A stretch of 64,000 nucleotides of DNA. Origin: an uncultured Gemmatimonadales bacterium (GTDB lineage Bacteria > Gemmatimonadota > Gemmatimonadetes > Gemmatimonadales > Gemmatimonadaceae). The DNA lies in NCBI GenBank assembly GCA_963701965.1, contig OY969695.1:3968001-4032000 (forward strand), given 5' to 3'. This document shows, one piece after another, positions 31,108-40,858 of the stretch. The notes under the pieces are model-generated. The model saw nothing but the letters and a program-made list of their open reading frames with translations. It was not told where the DNA came from and did not search any database. The position numbers and the translations under genes were made by a program. How positions within the stretch are numbered: the stretch's first letter is position 1; every line of letters starts with the position of its first letter.

Positions 31108-32151
31108 ATGGCGCTCTTTGGCCGCAAGAAAACCACGATCGGACTCGATATCGGATCCGGCCTCGTCAAAGTCGCGGTCATCGAGCACGGGCGCCAGCCC
31201 GAGCTGACGAAGGTCGCCATCGTGCCGCTGTCCGCCGACGCGATCGTCAATGGCGAGGTGATGGATCCGACGATCGTCGCCGATGCGATCCGGCAGACGC
31301 TGGAGCTCGCCGGGATCAAGAAAGCCAAACACGTCGTCACGGCCGTCGGTGGCCGCGACGTGATCATCAAGAAGATTCAGATCGAACGCGTCAAGGAATC
31401 GCAAGCGCGCGAGCTGATGCGCTGGGAAGCCGAGCAGCACGTGCCCTTCGACATGGAGTCGGTGGAGCTGGATTTCCAGATCCTCGATCCGGACGCCGAG
31501 GGCCTGGAGATGACGGTGTTGCTGGTGGCGGCCAAGCGCGAGCTCGTGGAAGCGCGGCTGCGCGTGCTGACCGATGCCGGTCTCTCGCCCATGACCGTCG
31601 ATGTCGAAGCGTTCGCGCTCCACAACGCGTTCGAGGTGAACCACCCCGACGCCATGACCGGTATCGTGGCCCTGGTCAACCTGGGACACGAAGTCACCAA
31701 CATCAATATCCTCGACGATGGCGTGCCGATTCTCACCCGCGATGTCGCGGTGGGCACCCGGCGCCTGCGCGAGGATCTGCAGCGGGAGCGCGGCCTGTCG
31801 CAGGAAGAGGCCGAAGCGCTGCTGCAAGGGTTCGATCGGTCGCCGCATCTCGACGCGGTGATCGAGTCGCGCGGTGAGGAGATCGCCGTCGGGATCGAGC
31901 GCGCCGCCGCGTTCCTGGCGTCGGCCTCGCGGTCCGCCGGACAGCTCCGCGCCGTGTTCACGTGCGGCGGCGGGGCCCGGATCCCGGGGCTCACTGAAGC
32001 GCTGGCGGCGCGGCTCCGCCTCTCCGTCGAGCAGGCGAACCCGTTGGCCAACTTGAAGGTACGTGACGGCGTCTTTGATTCGCTCGTCACAGACGAAGTC
32101 GCGCCGTTGTTGATGTTGCCGATCGGCTTGGCCCTCCGCCACGCCGCGTGA
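31108..32151 (+). CDS. pilM: Type IV pilus assembly protein PilM
   Basis: IGLDIGS, EAEQHVPF, LDFQIL, VLLVAAK, GGGA, NP, IGLALR. Confidence 0.95.
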   Translation: MALFGRKKTTIGLDIGSGLVKVAVIEHGRQPELTKVAIVPLSADAIVNGEVMDPTIVADAIRQTLELAGIKKAKHVVTAVGGRDVIIKKIQIERVKESQARELMRWEAEQHVPFDMESVELDFQILDPDAEGLEMTVLLVAAKRELVEARLRVLTDAGLSPMTVDVEAFALHNAFEVNHPDAMTGIVALVNLGHEVTNINILDDGVPILTRDVAVGTRRLREDLQRERGLSQEEAEALLQGFDRSPHLDAVIESRGEEIAVGIERAAAFLASASRSAGQLRAVFTCGGGARIPGLTEALAARLRLSVEQANPLANLKVRDGVFDSLVTDEVAPLLMLPIGLALRHAA

Positions 32152-32172
32152 CGTCCCCCCGAGAGCGATTCC

Positions 32173-32895
32173 ATGATTGAAATCAACCTGCTGCCTGGTG
32201 CTGGAAAGAAAGCGCGCGGCAAAGCCGCGCGCGCTGACGTCGGCTCGAAGGTCGCCGGCGCCGTCTCCCACATCAAGCAGCCGTATCTCATCGCCTGCGT
32301 GGCCTGCCTCGTCGTCGCCGGCGCCGTCGTCTACCTGATGAACGTGCGCCAACAGGCGGTGGCCAACGAGCTCGCCGCGACGGAACAGAAGCAGGTGCAG
32401 GACTCGACCCGGTACGCGGCCGTCCTGCGCGAGAAGCGCAAGGCCGAGACGCAGCGGGACTCGGTCATGCACCAGCTCAACATCATCAAGGCGATCGACA
32501 ACAATCGCTTCGTCTGGCCCCACGTGATGGATGAGGTCAGCCGGGCGATGCCGCAGTACACGTGGCTGACGGCCCTGGAGCAAACCAGCGCCGTGGCCGT
32601 CGTCGGCGCGATCGACACGACGAAGAAGACGAAGAAAGCCAAGGCCGAGATGGACGACGAGCCGCCGCCGGCGCTCAAGTTCCGGTTGACCGGCAACACC
32701 GTCGACATTCAGGCCCTGACGCGGTTCATGAAGCTCCTCGAGGCCTCGCCCTTCATTCAGAACGTGCAGCTCGAGAAGTCGGACCTGGCGACGGTCGATG
32801 GCAAGGACGTGACCCAATTCTCGCTCACGGCCGAGTATCAGACGCCCGATTCGACGGCGATTCGGACGGTCCCGCTCACTCTGTCGGTGAGGTAA
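32173..32895 (+). CDS. pilN: Type IV pilus assembly protein PilN
   Basis: MIEINLLP, single TM, coiled coil, W..L...P...WLT.L. Confidence 0.92.
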   Translation: MIEINLLPGAGKKARGKAARADVGSKVAGAVSHIKQPYLIACVACLVVAGAVVYLMNVRQQAVANELAATEQKQVQDSTRYAAVLREKRKAETQRDSVMHQLNIIKAIDNNRFVWPHVMDEVSRAMPQYTWLTALEQTSAVAVVGAIDTTKKTKKAKAEMDDEPPPALKFRLTGNTVDIQALTRFMKLLEASPFIQNVQLEKSDLATVDGKDVTQFSLTAEYQTPDSTAIRTVPLTLSVR

Positions 32896-32898
32896 CCC

Positions 32899-33543
32899 AT
32901 GGCCTTTCCGCCAAAGAACTCACGCGACCTGGCCTACACCGCCGGCTGCGTGGCCGCATTCGCCGGGATCTTCTTCTATTGGTCGTCGGTCTTCACGCCC
33001 AAGGAAGCGGAGCAGGCGGCCGTGCGCTCCCACATTGGCCAGCTCGAGCAGTCGAACCAGCGCGCCAAGGCCGAGTTGGCCAAAGGCAGCGTGAACGATC
33101 TGCGCGCCCAGGCGCTGCGCTATCAGCAGAACCTGCAGCTCATGCGGCAGCTGGTCCCGACCAGCAACGAAGTGCCGGCGCTCCTGGAGCAGGTCTCCAC
33201 GGCCGCCCGGCGCGTGAACCTCGAGCTCGCCGGCGTCGATCCGGAGCCGGTGATCACGGGCGACCAGTTCGACACCTATCGCTATCAGATCAGCGTGATC
33301 GGCGATTACCACGCGTTGGCCGCGTTCCTGACCAACGTCGGTTCGCTGACCCGTATCGTGGCCCCGGTCAATCTCAAGCTGGCGCCGGTCTCCGGTAATG
33401 ATGCGCGTGGACACCCCATGACGCACAGCCGGTCGGCCCTGAGCTCCAAGTTCGAGATCCAGACGTACGTGGCCCGGTCCAGCGGCGCCAATGCCGACCA
33501 GTCCCCTCACGCCCGGTTGCCGAAACCCGGAGCGAAGTCATGA
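32899..33543 (+). CDS. pilO: Type IV pilus assembly protein PilO
   Basis: TM, coiled coil, LVP..NEVPALL, G.YH.L..FL..V..L.RIV. Confidence 0.92.
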   Translation: MAFPPKNSRDLAYTAGCVAAFAGIFFYWSSVFTPKEAEQAAVRSHIGQLEQSNQRAKAELAKGSVNDLRAQALRYQQNLQLMRQLVPTSNEVPALLEQVSTAARRVNLELAGVDPEPVITGDQFDTYRYQISVIGDYHALAAFLTNVGSLTRIVAPVNLKLAPVSGNDARGHPMTHSRSALSSKFEIQTYVARSSGANADQSPHARLPKPGAKS

Positions 33544-34334
33544 TGCGTTCCTTGAGCGCGCTCGCGCTCGCGGCTCTCCTGATCCCCCGCGCGCCCGTGA
33601 GCGCGCAGGGCATGATCAACGGCCCGAAGACCGCCGCCAAGAACGCGGCGGCCGCGACCAACGCGCATACGACCGCGGAACAGAGCCCGACGGCGACAGC
33701 GACGACGACTCCGGCGACGACCACTCCGGTGGCGACGACGACCGCCAAGACGACGCCCGCGGCTCCGGCCATGGCGCCGCTCCCACCGCGCTTCACGCGT
33801 ACGACGACTTCGATCGCGGCGACGGCGAAGCCGACGACCGCGGTGCCGGCGGCCAAAGTGACCCCGGCTCCGGCCAGCGCGACGGCGATCAAGATCACGC
33901 CCAAGACCACCGCCAAGCTGACGGCGGCCTCGGCGGCGCCGGCGACGACGTCGGACACCGGTTCCCGGTCGATCTCGGTGACGCAGCGCGGCATGAAGGG
34001 GGAAGTCTCGCTGGAACGGGAAGTGTTCAGCTACGACGCGGGAGGCCGGCGCGACCCGTTCGTGTCGCTGCTCCGCAATGGCGACCTGCGGCCGATGCTG
34101 AACGACCTGCGCCTGGTGACGGTGATCTACGATCCCACCGGACGCAATTCGATCGCGATCATGCGCGACGTCTCCACCAAGGACCAGTATCGGGTGCGAG
34201 TCGGGACGACCTTGGGCCGGATGCGGGTGGCCCAGATCGAGCCGCGCGAGATCGTGTTCACGATCGAAGAGATCGGGTTCAGCCGCCAGGAACTGCTGGC
34301 GCTCGGTGATTCATCAACAGCGAGGACGCAATGA
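33540..34334 (+). CDS. PilP-position protein with Thr/Ala/Pro-rich N-terminal linker
   Basis: Between pilO and pilQ; Y...GRRDPF motif of PilP-like proteins; SPI-type signal, no lipobox. Confidence 0.7.
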   Translation: MMRSLSALALAALLIPRAPVSAQGMINGPKTAAKNAAAATNAHTTAEQSPTATATTTPATTTPVATTTAKTTPAAPAMAPLPPRFTRTTTSIAATAKPTTAVPAAKVTPAPASATAIKITPKTTAKLTAASAAPATTSDTGSRSISVTQRGMKGEVSLEREVFSYDAGGRRDPFVSLLRNGDLRPMLNDLRLVTVIYDPTGRNSIAIMRDVSTKDQYRVRVGTTLGRMRVAQIEPREIVFTIEEIGFSRQELLALGDSSTARTQ

Positions 34335-36292
34335 AGCAAGTCTGGACGCTGATCGCCGCCGGCACCGTCGCGCTTGCGAGCGCGCGCGGCGCGGGTGCGG
34401 CGACCGCCGACCCGGGGGATACCCCGCCGGCGCCCCGCGGAGCAGCCGTCACGGGGGTCAGCGTACTCCCGTCGGACGGTCGAGCGGATGTGGTGGTCGA
34501 CGTCGACGGAGCGGTCGACGTGCAGGATTTCGTTCTCGAGATGCAGCCCTATCGTGTGGTTCTCGATCTCACCGGCGCCCGGTTGAGCATCGGCTCCCAC
34601 TTCTATGATCGGATCGCGCGCGGCGCCGTCACCAACGTGCGCTACGCGCAGTACAAAGCCGGCGTCGTCCGCGTGGTGGTCGAACTGGACGGCCCGCGCA
34701 AGTACACGATGACCCGCGATGACCACGCGGTGCACCTCAAGTTCGAGGGTGGCGAGCCCAAGTTCGCCGCCTGGAACTCGGGCGTGTCGCTGGTGCCCGT
34801 CGTCGCGGTGGCGGCGGTGAAAGAGTCGCCGCGGGCCGCGGATGTCGCGGTGCCCACGCCGATGGCCTCGGATATCGTGGCCACGAACGCCGGCGTGCTG
34901 GTGACGCCGATCGTCAAGCGCTCCGATGTCCCGATGGCCGGACACAGTGTGCTGCAGCATGGAACCCAGTCCCAGCAGCCGCGCATGACGGTGACGTATC
35001 AGGACGCCGATATTCGCGATGTCCTGGCGGCGTTCGCCGCCTTCTCCGGCCGCACGGTCGTGGTGGGCCGCGAAGTCGAAGGCAAAGTGACCGCCGAAGT
35101 CCGGGATCAACCGTGGGACGTCGCGCTCCAGGCGGTGCTGAGCGCCCAGCAGCTCGCGGCCTCGGAAGACCAGTATGGCATCATTACGGTGGATTCCTAC
35201 AAGAACATTCAGTCCAAGCAAGCCAGCGAACCGTTGATCACCCAGCTGGTGTCGATCAATTACGCCAGCGCGCCGTCCTTGGTCAAAACCGTCGAGTCGC
35301 TGTTGGCGCGCGACTGCGGCGGTGCGGCCGCCGGCGGGGCGTCCGGCGCGGGCTGCCTGGCGCGCGGCAACGTGGTCGCCGACTCGGGCACGAACTCGCT
35401 CCTGATCACGGAATCGCAGTCGCACATGAACGACGTGGTCAACTATGTGCGCGACCTCGACATCCGGACGCCGCAGGTGTCGATCAAGGCCAAGATCGTG
35501 TTCATCAATCGGACGGTCACCCAGAACCTCGGGCTGGCCTACGACTTCGAGGAGCCGACCCAGTACTTCAACAAGCTCGTCGACCACGTCAATCCGACGC
35601 AGGCCCCGAGCTTGTTCGATCCGAACACGTACGTCGTGAACGTGGGTGGCGACGCGCTGGCCGGGATCTCGAACGCCAGCCGGCCGTTCGCCAGCTCGGC
35701 GGCGCTCAACCTGATCTACTCGATGAGCCTCGGGAAGTTCTCGCTGACGTCCTTCCTCGACGCGCTCTCGCTGAACAACATGTCCGACGTCCAGGCCGAG
35801 CCCAGTGTCGTGACGCTCGACAACCGCCCGGCCAAGATCCAGGTCGGACAAGAAACCCCGATCCGCGTGATCGACGCCAGCTCCAACGGCGTCGGCGGAA
35901 CGGCGCGCGCCACGGTGAGCTTCAAGGAAACCGGTATCATCCTGCAGGTGACACCGCATATCACGAACAATGGCCAGGTGCTGATGCAGCTCCACGCGGA
36001 GCAGTCGACGCTCTCGCAGACGGGCGGTGACCTGGGCTTCTTCTTCTTCAAGCGGTACGCCGACAATCAGCTGTTGGTCAACGACGGCGAGACGGCGGTG
36101 ATCGGCGGGCTCACCCAGACGACGGTCACGAAACAAAAGCAGGGTATTCCGATCCTCTCCGATCTCCCGATCATCGGCGGTCTCTTCTCCCAGACGTCGA
36201 ACGAAGAGGACAAGCAGGACTTGCTGATTCTCGTCACACCGCACATTCTGCCCGATAACGAGCCCGTTCGCTCGGCGAACGCGAACCGGTAA
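34331..36292 (+). CDS. pilQ: Type IV pilus secretin PilQ
   Basis: AMIN-like domain, DADIRDVL, PWD.AL, INYA.A, LD..TPQV.I.AKIV, L.VTPHI, GETAVIGGL, GIP.L.DLP.IG.LF. Confidence 0.93.
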   Translation: MKQVWTLIAAGTVALASARGAGAATADPGDTPPAPRGAAVTGVSVLPSDGRADVVVDVDGAVDVQDFVLEMQPYRVVLDLTGARLSIGSHFYDRIARGAVTNVRYAQYKAGVVRVVVELDGPRKYTMTRDDHAVHLKFEGGEPKFAAWNSGVSLVPVVAVAAVKESPRAADVAVPTPMASDIVATNAGVLVTPIVKRSDVPMAGHSVLQHGTQSQQPRMTVTYQDADIRDVLAAFAAFSGRTVVVGREVEGKVTAEVRDQPWDVALQAVLSAQQLAASEDQYGIITVDSYKNIQSKQASEPLITQLVSINYASAPSLVKTVESLLARDCGGAAAGGASGAGCLARGNVVADSGTNSLLITESQSHMNDVVNYVRDLDIRTPQVSIKAKIVFINRTVTQNLGLAYDFEEPTQYFNKLVDHVNPTQAPSLFDPNTYVVNVGGDALAGISNASRPFASSAALNLIYSMSLGKFSLTSFLDALSLNNMSDVQAEPSVVTLDNRPAKIQVGQETPIRVIDASSNGVGGTARATVSFKETGIILQVTPHITNNGQVLMQLHAEQSTLSQTGGDLGFFFFKRYADNQLLVNDGETAVIGGLTQTTVTKQKQGIPILSDLPIIGGLFSQTSNEEDKQDLLILVTPHILPDNEPVRSANANR

Positions 36293-36320
36293 CACGGTCC
36301 AGCGCTCCAGAACGTGGCGA

Positions 36321-36362
36321 CGAGCCCGGCCGGATGATCCGGCCGGGCTCGTGGCCTTTTCT
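36321..36362 (+). terminator. Intrinsic terminator after pilQ
   Basis: CGAGCCCGGCCGGA-TGA-TCCGGCCGGGCTCG followed by ...CCTTTTCT. Confidence 0.7.
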
Positions 36363-36376
36363 CTAGGGAGATCGGC

Positions 36377-37571
36377 GTGACGCTGCGATTCACCACCGCG
36401 GGAGAGTCACACGGCCCGGCGCTGGTCAGCGTGCTGGAAGGCATGCCGGCCGGCGTGCCGCTGCTGGCGGTCGACGTCAACGCGGACCTGGCCCGCCGCC
36501 AACAGGGCTACGGGCGCGGGCGCCGCATGGTGATCGAGCGCGACGAGATCGAGTGGCTCTCGGGCGTGCGCGCCGGCGAAACGCTCGGCTCCCCGATCGC
36601 CATGCTGATCCGGAACCGGGACTGGACCAACTGGCAGGACATCATGGACCCCGCGCCCCGTGACGACGACTCGGCGTCAGGTCGGCGCCGCGCGGTCACG
36701 CGCCCGCGCCCCGGACACGCGGACCTCACGGGGGTGCTCAAGTACGACCGCGATGATGCCCGGGACATCCTGGAACGCGCCTCGGCCCGTGAGACTACGG
36801 CGCGCGTGGCGGCGGCCGCCATATGCCGGCGTCTCCTCCGGGAGTTCGAGATCGCGATCGGCAGCCACTTGGTCCACCTGGGCGGCATCGACGCCCAACG
36901 CCCGGCGTGCCTTCCGCCCGACCTCAACGCGGCGGCCGATGTGTCCCCGCTGCGCACGCTGGACGCCGCCGCCGAGGAGCGAATGATCGCCGCGATCGAC
37001 GTCGCCAAGCGCGAGGGCAATACGCTGGGTGGCATTCTGTGAGGTCGTCGCCGATGGCCTGCCCGTCGGCCTGGGCTCGCACGTGTCGTGGGACCGCAAG
37101 CTCGATGGCCGGTTGGCGCAGGCGCTCATGTCGATTCCCGCGGTCAAAGGCGTCGAGATGGGCCTCGGATTCGAGACGGCTCGGCGCACGGGTGCCCAAG
37201 TGCACGACGAGATCGAATCGGCCCCGGGGCGAAAGCTCACGGGTAACGTGCGTCGGCGGACGAATCGCGCCGGTGGACTGGAAGCGGGGATGACGACGGG
37301 CGAGCCGCTCGTGATCCGCGTGGCCATGAAGCCCATCAGCACGCTCATGCGCCCGCTCCAAACGATCGACCTGGCGACCGGCGCGCCGGCCGCTGCCGTC
37401 GCCGAGCGCAGCGACGTGACCGCGGTACCGGCCATGGGCGTGATCGCCGAGGCGATGGTCGCGCTGGTGTTGGCGGACGCCTTCGTCGAGAAGTTCGGCG
37501 GGGATTCGTTGGGCGAGCTGCGCCGGAACTACGACGCGTACCTGGATCACATCGCGCGCCGTCTCCCTTGA
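36377..37571 (+). CDS. aroC: Chorismate synthase, frameshifted at ~37035 in this assembly
   Basis: [22 protein letters not shown] in frame 1; LGSHV.WDRKLD, NRAGGLE.G, MKPISTL, ERSDV in frame 2. Confidence 0.93.
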
Positions 37572-38083
37572 ACGCCCACCTGGTCCTGGTCGGCCTCCCG
37601 GGCGCCGGCAAGAGCTCCGTCGGGTCGGGACTGGCCGCGCGACTCAAAGCACGGTTCGTCGACCTCGATCGAGAGATCACCCGCCGGACCGGCAGGACGC
37701 CGCACATGATCATCACAGACGACGGCGAGGAGGCGTTCCGGCAGCTCGAGTTCGACACCACGGCAGAGCTCGTTACACTCGAGCCCGCTGTCGTCGCGCC
37801 GGGCGGCGGCTGGGTGACAAGACCGCGCACCGTCGCCCTGATCCGCCCGCCGGCCAAACTCGTACATCTTCGTGTCAGTCCGGACGTTGCGCTCCGTCGT
37901 CTTGGCAGCGGAATCGTGGCTCGCCCCCTGCTCGATGGGAGTGATCCGCGAGCCGTGCTCATGGCCCTCGCCGAGGCCCGGGAATCGTTCTATGGAAGCG
38001 CGGATTGGGTGGTTGATACGGAAGCCATTACCGTGCAAGAAGTTATCCACATGCTCGTCGAGCTTGTCTCTCAAGTACGTTGA
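37568..38083 (+). CDS. aroK: Shikimate kinase
   Basis: [27 protein letters not shown]. Confidence 0.92.
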   Translation: MNAHLVLVGLPGAGKSSVGSGLAARLKARFVDLDREITRRTGRTPHMIITDDGEEAFRQLEFDTTAELVTLEPAVVAPGGGWVTRPRTVALIRPPAKLVHLRVSPDVALRRLGSGIVARPLLDGSDPRAVLMALAEARESFYGSADWVVDTEAITVQEVIHMLVELVSQVR

Positions 38084-38133
38084 GGATATGGTACTGCTCG
38101 GAAAGCAATGATGGCGCATTGCCCAAGGACTTT

Positions 38134-38370
38134 ATGACGTTTCGGATACTTGGCCCACACGAGCGCGCGCGGTTTGCCCCGGAAGCCTGGGGCCACCTGT
38201 TGTCGCTGCGCGGCGCGGGCATGCTGACTGCCGCCGATTTGGAGCATGTCATTGATCGTGCGCTCGTTCACATTGACGGGCGAATTGCGTTGGATGACCT
38301 TCGATCGTTGATGGAAGGCACGGGCTTCGATGATGGTGGGCCCGCGGCCGATCACGCGATCGTTCATTAA
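38134..38370 (+). CDS. Short Smg/DUF494-like protein
   Basis: FRIL...E..RF..EAWG.L..L...G.L.....E.VIDRA...VH; canonical position upstream of topA; RBS AAGGA. Confidence 0.7.
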   Translation: MTFRILGPHERARFAPEAWGHLLSLRGAGMLTAADLEHVIDRALVHIDGRIALDDLRSLMEGTGFDDGGPAADHAIVH

Positions 38371-38374
38371 TAAA

Positions 38375-40855
38375 ATGCCTACGAAAAAGAAGGGCGGACC
38401 GGAAAAGCGCAGCGCCACCAAGCGCGCAAAAGCGACTCCGGCAACCGCGAAGACTCGCAAGACTGCTCCCACGAGCGCTCGCCGCAGCGCCCCGCCGCCC
38501 GAATCCACGGACGAGCCGGGCGACGGTTCAGGGCGCGGCACGTCCCTGGTGATCGTCGAGTCGCCCGCGAAGGCCAAGACCATCGGCAAGTATCTGGGTC
38601 GTGGCTATCGCGTGAAGGCGACTGTCGGCCATCTCCGCGATCTGCCGGAGAAAAAGCTGGGGATCGATGTCGACAACGGCTTCGAGCCCGAGTACGTCAC
38701 GATCCAGGGCAAGGAAAAGACGCTGGCGGAGCTCAAGAGCGCGGCGCACGAATCGCGCGAGATCTTCCTGGCGACCGACCCTGATCGCGAAGGCGAGGCG
38801 ATCGCGTGGCACGTCTCGGAGCAGATCAAGCGGCGCGGCGGCGCGCCGATCCGCCGGGCGCGTTTTCACGAAATCACGAAAGACGCGGTGCAAAAAGCCC
38901 TGGCCGCGGCTGGCGACATCGACGACCGCAAGGTCGAAGCGCAGCAGGCGCGCCGCGTCCTCGACCGGTTGGTGGGATACAAGGCCAGCCCGGTGCTGTG
39001 GAAGACCGTGAAAAAGGGTCTCTCGGCCGGTCGCGTGCAGACGGTCGCGTTGCGCTTGTTGGTGGAGCGTGAGCGCGAGATTCGCGCGTTCAAGCCGGTG
39101 GAGTACTGGACGATCGCGGCGGCCCTGGAGCACGAGGGCCAGCAGTTCGGCGCCAAGCTCCATCAGGTCGATGGCAAGAAGCCGGAGATCTCCACCCAAG
39201 ACGAAGCGCAGCGCATCGTCGATGAGGCGACCGCCGCCGCCGCGCAGCTGCGCGCCGTGGCCAATGGCGCGCGCCCGTCGACGGATGGCGTTGGCGTCTT
39301 TCTCGTTACGGATCTCAAGCGCCGCGAGCGCCGCAAGAACCCCCAGGCGCCGTTCACGACCAGTACGCTGCAACAGGAAGCGGCCAAGAAGCTGGGCTAC
39401 GGGTCAAAGCGCACGATGCGTCTGGCGCAGGATCTGTACGAGGGCATCGAAGTGGGCGCCGACGGCCAGGTCGGACTCATCACGTATATGCGGACCGACT
39501 CGACCCGCATCGCCGAGAGCGCCGCGACGCAAGCGCGCGACTATCTGCGCGGATTGTTCGGGGAGGACTATCTGGCCGCCGGCGGCCCGCAACTCTATGG
39601 GGACGGCAAAGCCAAGAACGCGCAGGAGGCCCACGAGGGCATTCGGCCCACCGATCCGACGCGGCGTCCAGAACTGATCCAGCGCCATCTGTCGCCGGAC
39701 CAGTTCAAGCTCTACCAGTTGATCTGGCAACGGTTCATGGCGTCGCAGATGGCGCCCGCCATCTTCGACACGACGACGGTCGATTTCGATCTGGGCCGGT
39801 ATCTGTTCCGTTCCACCGGCAGCGTCATCAAGTTCACGGGGTTCCTGACGCTGTACCGGGAAACGCGCGAAGAGGGCGACGGCCGCACGCTGGAGGACGA
39901 GCAGGCGCTGCCGGTGCTGGAGACGGGTGCCTACGTCCCGGTGCGGGAGATCGCGCCGTCACAGCATTTCACCGAGCCGCCGCCGCGCTTTTCGGAGGCG
40001 AGCCTGGTGAAAGAGCTGGAGCGCCTCGGCATCGGACGTCCGTCGACGTACGCGTCGATCATCTCGACGCTGGTCGATCGGCGCTACGCGCAGCTCGAGC
40101 AGCGGCGCTTTTTCCCGACGCCGTTGGGCGAGAGTGTCGAGAAGGTCATGATCCGGCAGTTCCCGGACGTGTTCGACGTGACGTTTACGTCGAGCATGGA
40201 AGACCAGCTCGACAAGATCGAGGACGGCGAACGGAGTTGGCAGCGCGTGCTGACGGACTTCTACAAGCCGTTCTCCAACCGCCTGGCGCGCGTCGACGTC
40301 GAAGATTTGATCGGCGCCGCGCACGACTTGACGGCGGTCGCCGGCGAGCGGTGTCCGGACTGCGGCGGACGGCTGGTGCCCAAGGGTGGATTCTTCGGGC
40401 CGTTCCTGGCGTGCGAAAACCACCCCAAACTCTGCAAGCACACGCGTCCGCTCCGCGGGGACCGCAAGCCGGCGGAGCCCACGAACTACAAGTGCCACGA
40501 GTGTGGCTCGCCGATGCTCAAGCGCAACGGGCGGGCTGGGGACTTCCTCGGCTGCAGCCGCTTCCCGAAGTGCCGGGGCACGCGATCCATGCCGACGGGC
40601 GTCATGTGCCCGAAGGACGGTGGCGAACTGGCCGCGCGGCGGTCGAAGAAGCGCGGCAAGGCGTTCTACGGTTGCGAGAACTACCCGAATTGCGACTTCG
40701 TGACCTGGGACAAGCCGGTGCGGGAGACGTGCCCCGAGTGCGGGTACGAGGGCGCCGAGGCCAAGTCGACGAAGGCCCGCGGCGAGTACCGCCGGTGCCT
40801 CAAGTGCGCCAACGAATGGGACATCAAGACGCCCGAGGCGGCTGTCGCGGTTTAG
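38375..40855 (+). CDS. topA: DNA topoisomerase I
   Basis: IVESPAKAKTI, ATDPDREGEAI, SAGRVQ, ITYMRTDS, GIGRPSTY, C-terminal Zn ribbons. Confidence 0.97.
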   Translation: MPTKKKGGPEKRSATKRAKATPATAKTRKTAPTSARRSAPPPESTDEPGDGSGRGTSLVIVESPAKAKTIGKYLGRGYRVKATVGHLRDLPEKKLGIDVDNGFEPEYVTIQGKEKTLAELKSAAHESREIFLATDPDREGEAIAWHVSEQIKRRGGAPIRRARFHEITKDAVQKALAAAGDIDDRKVEAQQARRVLDRLVGYKASPVLWKTVKKGLSAGRVQTVALRLLVEREREIRAFKPVEYWTIAAALEHEGQQFGAKLHQVDGKKPEISTQDEAQRIVDEATAAAAQLRAVANGARPSTDGVGVFLVTDLKRRERRKNPQAPFTTSTLQQEAAKKLGYGSKRTMRLAQDLYEGIEVGADGQVGLITYMRTDSTRIAESAATQARDYLRGLFGEDYLAAGGPQLYGDGKAKNAQEAHEGIRPTDPTRRPELIQRHLSPDQFKLYQLIWQRFMASQMAPAIFDTTTVDFDLGRYLFRSTGSVIKFTGFLTLYRETREEGDGRTLEDEQALPVLETGAYVPVREIAPSQHFTEPPPRFSEASLVKELERLGIGRPSTYASIISTLVDRRYAQLEQRRFFPTPLGESVEKVMIRQFPDVFDVTFTSSMEDQLDKIEDGERSWQRVLTDFYKPFSNRLARVDVEDLIGAAHDLTAVAGERCPDCGGRLVPKGGFFGPFLACENHPKLCKHTRPLRGDRKPAEPTNYKCHECGSPMLKRNGRAGDFLGCSRFPKCRGTRSMPTGVMCPKDGGELAARRSKKRGKAFYGCENYPNCDFVTWDKPVRETCPECGYEGAEAKSTKARGEYRRCLKCANEWDIKTPEAAVAV

Positions 40856-40858
40856 CGT

